From contig JBLDXI010000004.1 in the NCBI GenBank assembly GCA_047495785.1, positions 2,728,001-2,792,000 of the forward strand: DNA of 64,000 bases. The letters run 5' to 3'. This DNA is from Lepidodermella squamata. Taxonomy: Eukaryota; Animalia; Gastrotricha. The translations under genes and the position numbers were made by a program. Positions 58,101 through 64,000 of the stretch are shown piece by piece (within the stretch, counting starts at the first letter, position 1; each line of letters starts with the position of its first letter). Below the pieces are notes generated by a model. The model was not told the origin of the DNA. It saw only the letters and a list, made by a program, of their open reading frames with translations, and did no database searches.

Positions 58101-58911
58101 TTTCTATGAGAAAATTCTAGCTAAATTATGTTGGTATAACAATATTGGTATAACCTTCGGCGTGATTTCATCAATTTCGATCCGCTATCGATAATCAAGT
58201 GTCGGGTTTAAAAAATTACAATATAATAGTATACCGTATTTGTTCCAATAATAGCCCATTCACTAATAATTGCCCATCCCTAATAGTAGCCCAGGGTTGA
58301 GGGGTCAAGTCGGTTCGAAAACATGAAAAATGACCAATTCACGAGAAATTAATTTTTGAAATTTTCGAAATTTCGAGGTTGAAATTTTAGTAGCGCGGGC
58401 AGCTATAGGAACAAATACGGTAATCGTATAATCGCAAGGTTTCAAATTATTTTCATTTTTTCTCGGAAAAATTCGTTAAAAAAATTCGGATTTATTTTCA
58501 TAGCAAGCTTGAAGCAAGGTGCTAGGCATGCATAGACCCCAGTCAAGCAGTCAATTCAATATTTTGAATTTGTTAAAACAATGGATAAAAGCACGCATTC
58601 AGTCTTTCGTGAAAATGATTGCATAACAGGGAAATTAATTAACTTGGATAATTATGGGTAGTCTAGTGTAAATGCGACGATTATCTATTTTGGGTATTTA
58701 GCTGAGTTGCGTTTTTATGGTGTTCGTGGACAGCTCGAACTTAATTACATCCAATTAGGACAAGGATTAAGACAGTAATTAAGGTCAAAAACGCTTTATT
58801 GTCCATTCTAGCTTTTTTATTTGCAATTTTCAGCCTGCATTTTCTAGCTAAAATTCAACGGCTGAAACATGAGGAAAGAAATAAAAAGGTACAAGTTTAA
58901 AGATTCGAGTG

Positions 58912-60084
58912 TTAGAAATGTTGCGGCAATAAGATGGCAATGCCGATTCGCTTTCCGGCCCCATCGTAGTTTCCCGCGTTTCCCTCCTCTTGCACTGGGT
59001 TTTGCTCTTCCTCCTCGTCGAAATTAAAAAAGTTAAGATCATTCGCATCGTCAACACAAATGTTGTGAAGAACACATGCGGCTAAGACGTAAACAGGGAC
59101 CACCCGCGCATCCAATAAATGTGCGCAATCCAAAAAACGCCGAAATCGCGCTTTCAAAATGCCGAAACCGTGCTCAACAGCGCATCGGGTTTGTGAATGC
59201 CGGGTGTTTTAATTTCGCTTTTCTTCGCGATGTTCGCCGGCGTCAAGTTCAGCTCGGCGAAACGGTATGAGCAGCCAATCGTATAGCGGATAGGCACCAT
59301 CGCCTAGCAGATGGTATTGCTGATCGGGGATAAAACCACCAAGGCCTTGCGAAATTCTTTGAAACAAGGGCGAATGATTAAACACGAATCGGTCGTTATT
59401 TCCTCCAGCGTGACCGCAAAAAACGTCAATGAATTTACCGTTCGAGTCAACAACCGCCTGGAGAACAACACTAAAAAATCTCTTATAATTAATATAAGCG
59501 TTTGGATTCTCAAGTGGAGCTGAAATCGGCATGTGACAGCCATCGATACAGCCGATTACTCCTGGAAAACCGTGACGAGCCTCAAACTGGGCAGCATTTT
59601 CAGCACATTGCTCAGCGTCAGGCCATTTTATGAACTGGTGAGCATGTTCAGCTAATCCACGAGTTACTCGCCTGACCATGCGAAGAGCGGTTGAAGGAGC
59701 AATGCCAAATAAATTTCCTATTCGCCAATAAGGCTCTTGGCCTCCAAGATAATAGAGCGTCACCAAAACATTCATTTCAGGCGGGTAAATAAGCTGAGGA
59801 AGAGCCGGAAAAACAGCGTTAGGGTCGATTAAGACGCCCTGTACCACGAGGAAATTCGTTATATCAGCCACCATTTCACGCGACATTCCAAAGGTGCGTT
59901 TAAAATAATCTGGCTCCATGGCTGGAATTATTTCCTGATAGAAATTCGCAACTTTGACGTGATGACGCCGCTCAGTAGATTTCAGTTTGCAAAGCTCAGC
60001 CAAAATTACAAACGAAGCAAGTAAAAACCACTGGTCGTCAAACACTGTAGCCATTAACAGCATTAGCATCTCAATTTCATGCAT
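58912..60084 (-). pseudogene. Harbinger (HARBI1-like) DDE transposase with one premature stop
   Basis: GFPGVIGCIDGCH, YINYKRFFSVVLQAVVD, LLGDGAYPL; TAA at 59209-59211 then in-frame NTRHSQTRCAVEHGFGILKARFR...ACVLHN. Confidence 0.95.
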
Positions 60085-60179
60085 TTTTATTTCTCAAAAT
60101 CTAATTAAAGGCACATGTTTTTAAAAATGCATCAGTTTTATTTTTGAAATAGCCACGCTCTTCTCACACTGCTTTTTCA

Positions 60180-62297
60180 TTATTTTTTTTCGCTCAGGCT
60201 TTTGAATATTGCTCCATAGAAGTTACGATCTTTCTCCTTTTGCTGTTCGAAAACATCCGTAATTCGGTTAAGACGCTGTTCAAACGCATCCTCCGCGGCT
60301 TGTTTACGAGATTCTCGGAGGGTCGGTAGTTTTCGGCCAGTCTGCGGCTTCGAAATCTGTGTTTGAATTTCTGGCTCGAAGTCGCCCCTTTCAAAGCCTC
60401 TCTCGTCGTTGGCCTGACCGAACTTCAGCCCACCCAGACTAACCGCCAAGCAAGGCGGATTGTGTTTCGGATCTTTTTTGAATAAAGCGGTTAATCGATC
60501 TTGAAAAACGAATCTATAGAAAATAATACAAAATCTGTATTTCGTGTAGAAATATCGTTGAGGTCGCTAAACTGCACATTTTTGTCTAGTAAACTTTGTG
60601 AAAAATTAAATCTTGGTTCGCAGAAAATTAATAATTTACAGTACATTATATACAATTTATAAAATAATTTAAATAATTATACCGTAACGTGTGGTGATTG
60701 TGGACACGGTAACTTTGGACACTTTCGGCTTTGCGGGTGTTTAGCTTTTCAGGCTTGAACGTTTAAATCATGGGGTTTTTTGCATAAAATTCTCCGTCTC
60801 CTCAGCTTTCGTTTGAGATAAAAATCAAGACGATTGGAGCTGAAATCGGATTTCAGAAAAAGTTGCAAGCAGTTAGACTTTGGGTGCCGTTTTGGGACCC
60901 CCCTTCTATCTTTCTAAAAATCAAACAGTTTTCAATAAAAATTGGCATGAGCATTCTCCTAAATTTACTCTCCCTATAATCGAAGAAAAAATGACAATCC
61001 GTCGACGCGTTATAGCAGGACATTTACCTGAAAAACAGGTGAAAATTGGGGTAATTTTGGACACTTTTGGACGGGTTAAATAAGCTGCTGCGCAGAAACG
61101 TATTTTTATTGAACTTCCGAGAAACAGATGATGCGCCATCTGTTCATAATTTTTTTCGAAATCTGACCCAAGATTAAATGAAAAACCATGAATAACAGAT
61201 AATTCACAATGAAATTGCAATGAAACTGCATATGCAAATGAGTGTCCAAAACTACCCTCTAATTGTCCAAAGTTACCGGAACACATATTAATTAGCCAAA
61301 GGTCAGGTAAAATTCTCAAAATTACTGGAATTTGCAGTAAATTCAAGAATGACCGTCCCCACCTTTGGTAAAAATTTCAGAAATTTAGAAGCAAAGGCTG
61401 ATTTTTAATGTTCGAAAAACACGTTTTGTCCAAAGTTACCACTCGTTACGGTAATTTATCAACTGACGCGTACAATGTCAACTAAAATACTAATTTTTTA
61501 ATTTGAGTCGGGCATTACATACTTGTTAATATTACCGATAACCCGGTTCGGTTACCGATTTTCGATTAACCGAACCGTAACCGAACCGGCGGCTTGAAAC
61601 TTTAACCGCGGCATCTCAAGTCTTACTTATGCGGCGGGGCACCGGCTCCACTTGTTGAGCAAGCTTCGTTATAATCCGAGTTCGTTGTTCGGAGCCAGTT
61701 AATTTTGGCCTTGACAATCTCATCGCTTAGAGACCCAGCGGGAAAGAGGTTCGATTTGGAGATCTCACCGACTATATCCAGGTAAATCGGAGATTTCTTG
61801 CCTGGTGAATTCATCAACTTGTTCCAGTAACCGCCCTCCAGCGCGGAAATCAAGGCGTCCAAGCGCCCTTCATTCCATACCAAGTCATCCGACTTGGATT
61901 TCTTCGCAGATTTGGCCGGTTTCGGATTGCCGAACTGCCCATCGTCGCCGGCCGGCACGAAAGCGGGGAATTGGTCCAAAATCGAATTACTCGGTTGATT
62001 CGATCGCTTTTTCGGACTTGGGACTTCGAAAATCAACGGCGGGGCTCGAGGTGGTTCGGAAGGCCATTGGTTTGGCATGGGCCTGCCGCATGGCTGCCTT
62101 GGTTGAAACAGAGGAGGTAAAGCAGGAGGAGCGAACCGCTGCAGCATCGGCTGTTGCATTTGCTGCTGCATAGGCTGCTGCATAGACCACAACAGAGGCC
62201 ACTGCATAGGCTGCTGCTGCTGCTGCATTTGATGCTGCATAGGTTGCTGCCGCATAGGCTGCTGCTGCATTGATGGCTGCTGCATAGGCCGATGCAT
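60180..62297 (-). CDS. Harbinger Myb/SANT-like DNA-binding protein with Q/M/P-rich N-terminus (2 exons)
   Basis: W...LI.A...IY..I...KINWLR..Y...SGAG; intron 61626-60514; exon 2 FVFQDRLTALFKKDP..NP...coiled-coil tail; start codon uncertain. Confidence 0.8.
60682..61451. mobile_element. Tc1/mariner-type MITE nested in the Harbinger intron
   Basis: TA-CCGTAACG.GTGGT ... ACCACTCGTTACGG-TA. Confidence 0.85.
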
Positions 62298-64000
62298 TGG
62301 CTGCTGGTCGCCAACTACATTCTGCTCATAAAAAAATAGTTTCGCGACATTTTTTGACCATGAAAATCCTGTAATTCTTAGCGCAAAATAACTCGAAATA
62401 TGTCGAAGTTAACCACGTTTTCCGAATGACGAAACAGAGCTATTGCCCACATTTATGGTCGTAAATTAATTAGAGTAATTAAGGTCAATGAGGGAAATTA
62501 CGAGGGTCGCGTCACGGTTTGATCACTGTCGAGGCTCATCAAGACGGGGAGTGATTTGTCTTAGCTGTTCGACCCTCGAGCTCGAACAGCTCCAGCCTAA
62601 TTACTTGATTGTTATTTCTGTGTTGCGGAGGTGTTCGAAGAATTGATCACAACGTCGAACAATAGCTTTCCGGACACCATAAAAAACGCAACTCTGAGGC
62701 GCGTTTTTCAATGTTCTTTTCACTTAATTAGTTAGTATGTTATATGTTATAGTATGTTATAGGTTTGTAGAGTATGTTAGCTCAGTTATAAGGTACCGGT
62801 GTTATAAGGTAGAAAACAAGCCCGTGTTGGCCGGAGGAAATTAGCTGATTTTTAATCCACAATTTTTGTAATTTATATATTAAACTACAGGGAGTCCGTA
62901 AAGTCGAGGCAATATAAATATGTAGCATAGTACATTACATAGCAAGGGAAAAATCGATAATCTTGTTTTTTTTTCATCGATCGTGATATAATAATAATAT
63001 GACTGTGAGAAAGACAGAGGCACTGAGCACTGCATGGCCAATCAGAGAATCCACTGTCACAGAGGAACGTTCTGCTCTGAATACAACAGAAGCAAAAAAT
63101 GAAGGGACCAAAAAGACGTTTTTTCTTGCGTTTCTTCAATACTGAAGATTATACTCTCCCCATTCCGTATGAATTTGCGGAATGAAAGATGCGCGCATAA
63201 GAATTTCTAAGCGTATGTAATCGTAGTGCGCACGCGAGAAAAAATATATGAATTATCCTCAAGAAACGACCATATACACATACTTTTATCAAAAACGCAT
63301 TGCCGCGATTTTCTTCTTGTCTATAAAAGATGACAGAGAGGTAGCTTCTAGAGCTTCCAGGCTTGATTGTTCCGGTCAGTCTTTGTTGGACCACAATCGT
63401 GGATAAATAAGGATTGTGGTCACATGGATAAATGAAGTAGGCTTCTGCTGCCGTTCGTGGATCGCTTCCTATTCGAAAATTTGCAGCTTGCTCTGACTCC
63501 CTAACCAGTTAGATCTCTATCGCTAAAAGTATCAAGTTCAAGGACGCAAGGACAGTGAGATCTCCGGCAGGTTGGGTGCTGGATAGTCGAGTGGTACCTG
63601 CTAAGGCAGTAGTACTCAAAGTCTGCCCCGCGGGGAGGGATTCAGGGTCATGGCGCGAGAATCAGCATATTTTAGGATATTTTCAGCCAAAATTACGGTA
63701 AAATACCGTTAGCTAAAGCTCGCTTCGCTCACAGGTGTAACTGAACTCACGCTTTCTGGAGTCTAATGTGAAATGGTTGAGCGATTTTTTCTAACTATTG
63801 GCTAATGAGAAAATAAGAAGAACAACATTTTTACGTGAATCCAAGTTGTGACCCGTGGGGAATAGGAATAGGGCGGTAATAGGACTTCAGCAGTTTTAGC
63901 AGAGATGAGCGAAGGGATGGTAGGAGTCATTCCTACCAGTTCAATCGGTTCGAAAAGTCGAAGACCAATGATTTTCAACATCTTAGCCACTTCTGCTGTC

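Larger units (their letters stand above)
58704..62694 (-). mobile_element. PIF/Harbinger DNA transposon
   Basis: TIR GAGTTGCGTTTTTATGGTGT / ACACCATAAAAAACGCAACTC enclosing DDE and Myb/SANT genes; TSD not clean. Confidence 0.88.

Noticed and set aside
63149-64000. Minus-strand gene fragments at the window end
   Set aside because: Coding-like stretches contain stops and no motif I can recognise; the window edge prevents evaluation

Overview
Eukaryotic (invertebrate animal-like; ~45-65 nt GT-AG introns, many TTTCAG-type acceptors) genomic DNA in three blocks. (1) ~1.3-15.1 kb: a nearly complete but mutationally damaged endogenous Polinton/Maverick (adintovirus-like) genome: protein-primed PolB, PLA2-integrase-chromodomain, packaging ATPase, major and minor capsid proteins, adenain protease, fibre-like, gasderminX-like, VLTF3-like and small basic genes. 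No TIRs found. Nine virion/morphogenesis genes share an AT-flanked TCTA motif 12-22 nt upstream of the ATG, resembling the CroV/mavirus late promoter. (2) ~17.8-46.5 kb: a host defence-like cluster of secreted multi-exon proteins built from a repeated 4-Cys module plus C-type lectin domain(s), plus an inverted pair of two-peptide precursor genes (AMP/toxin-like), a recent 3.07-kb tandem duplication, many MITEs and an RLE-type non-LTR fragment. (3) ~46.7-64 kb: a transposon graveyard with a deleted Sola-like transposase, a decayed two-gene cassette encoding PB1-Q/RS-rich and PB1-zinc finger-tyrosine recombinase-like proteins, and a TIR-bounded PIF/Harbinger element. All family assignments are by-eye motif recognition; no searches were run.
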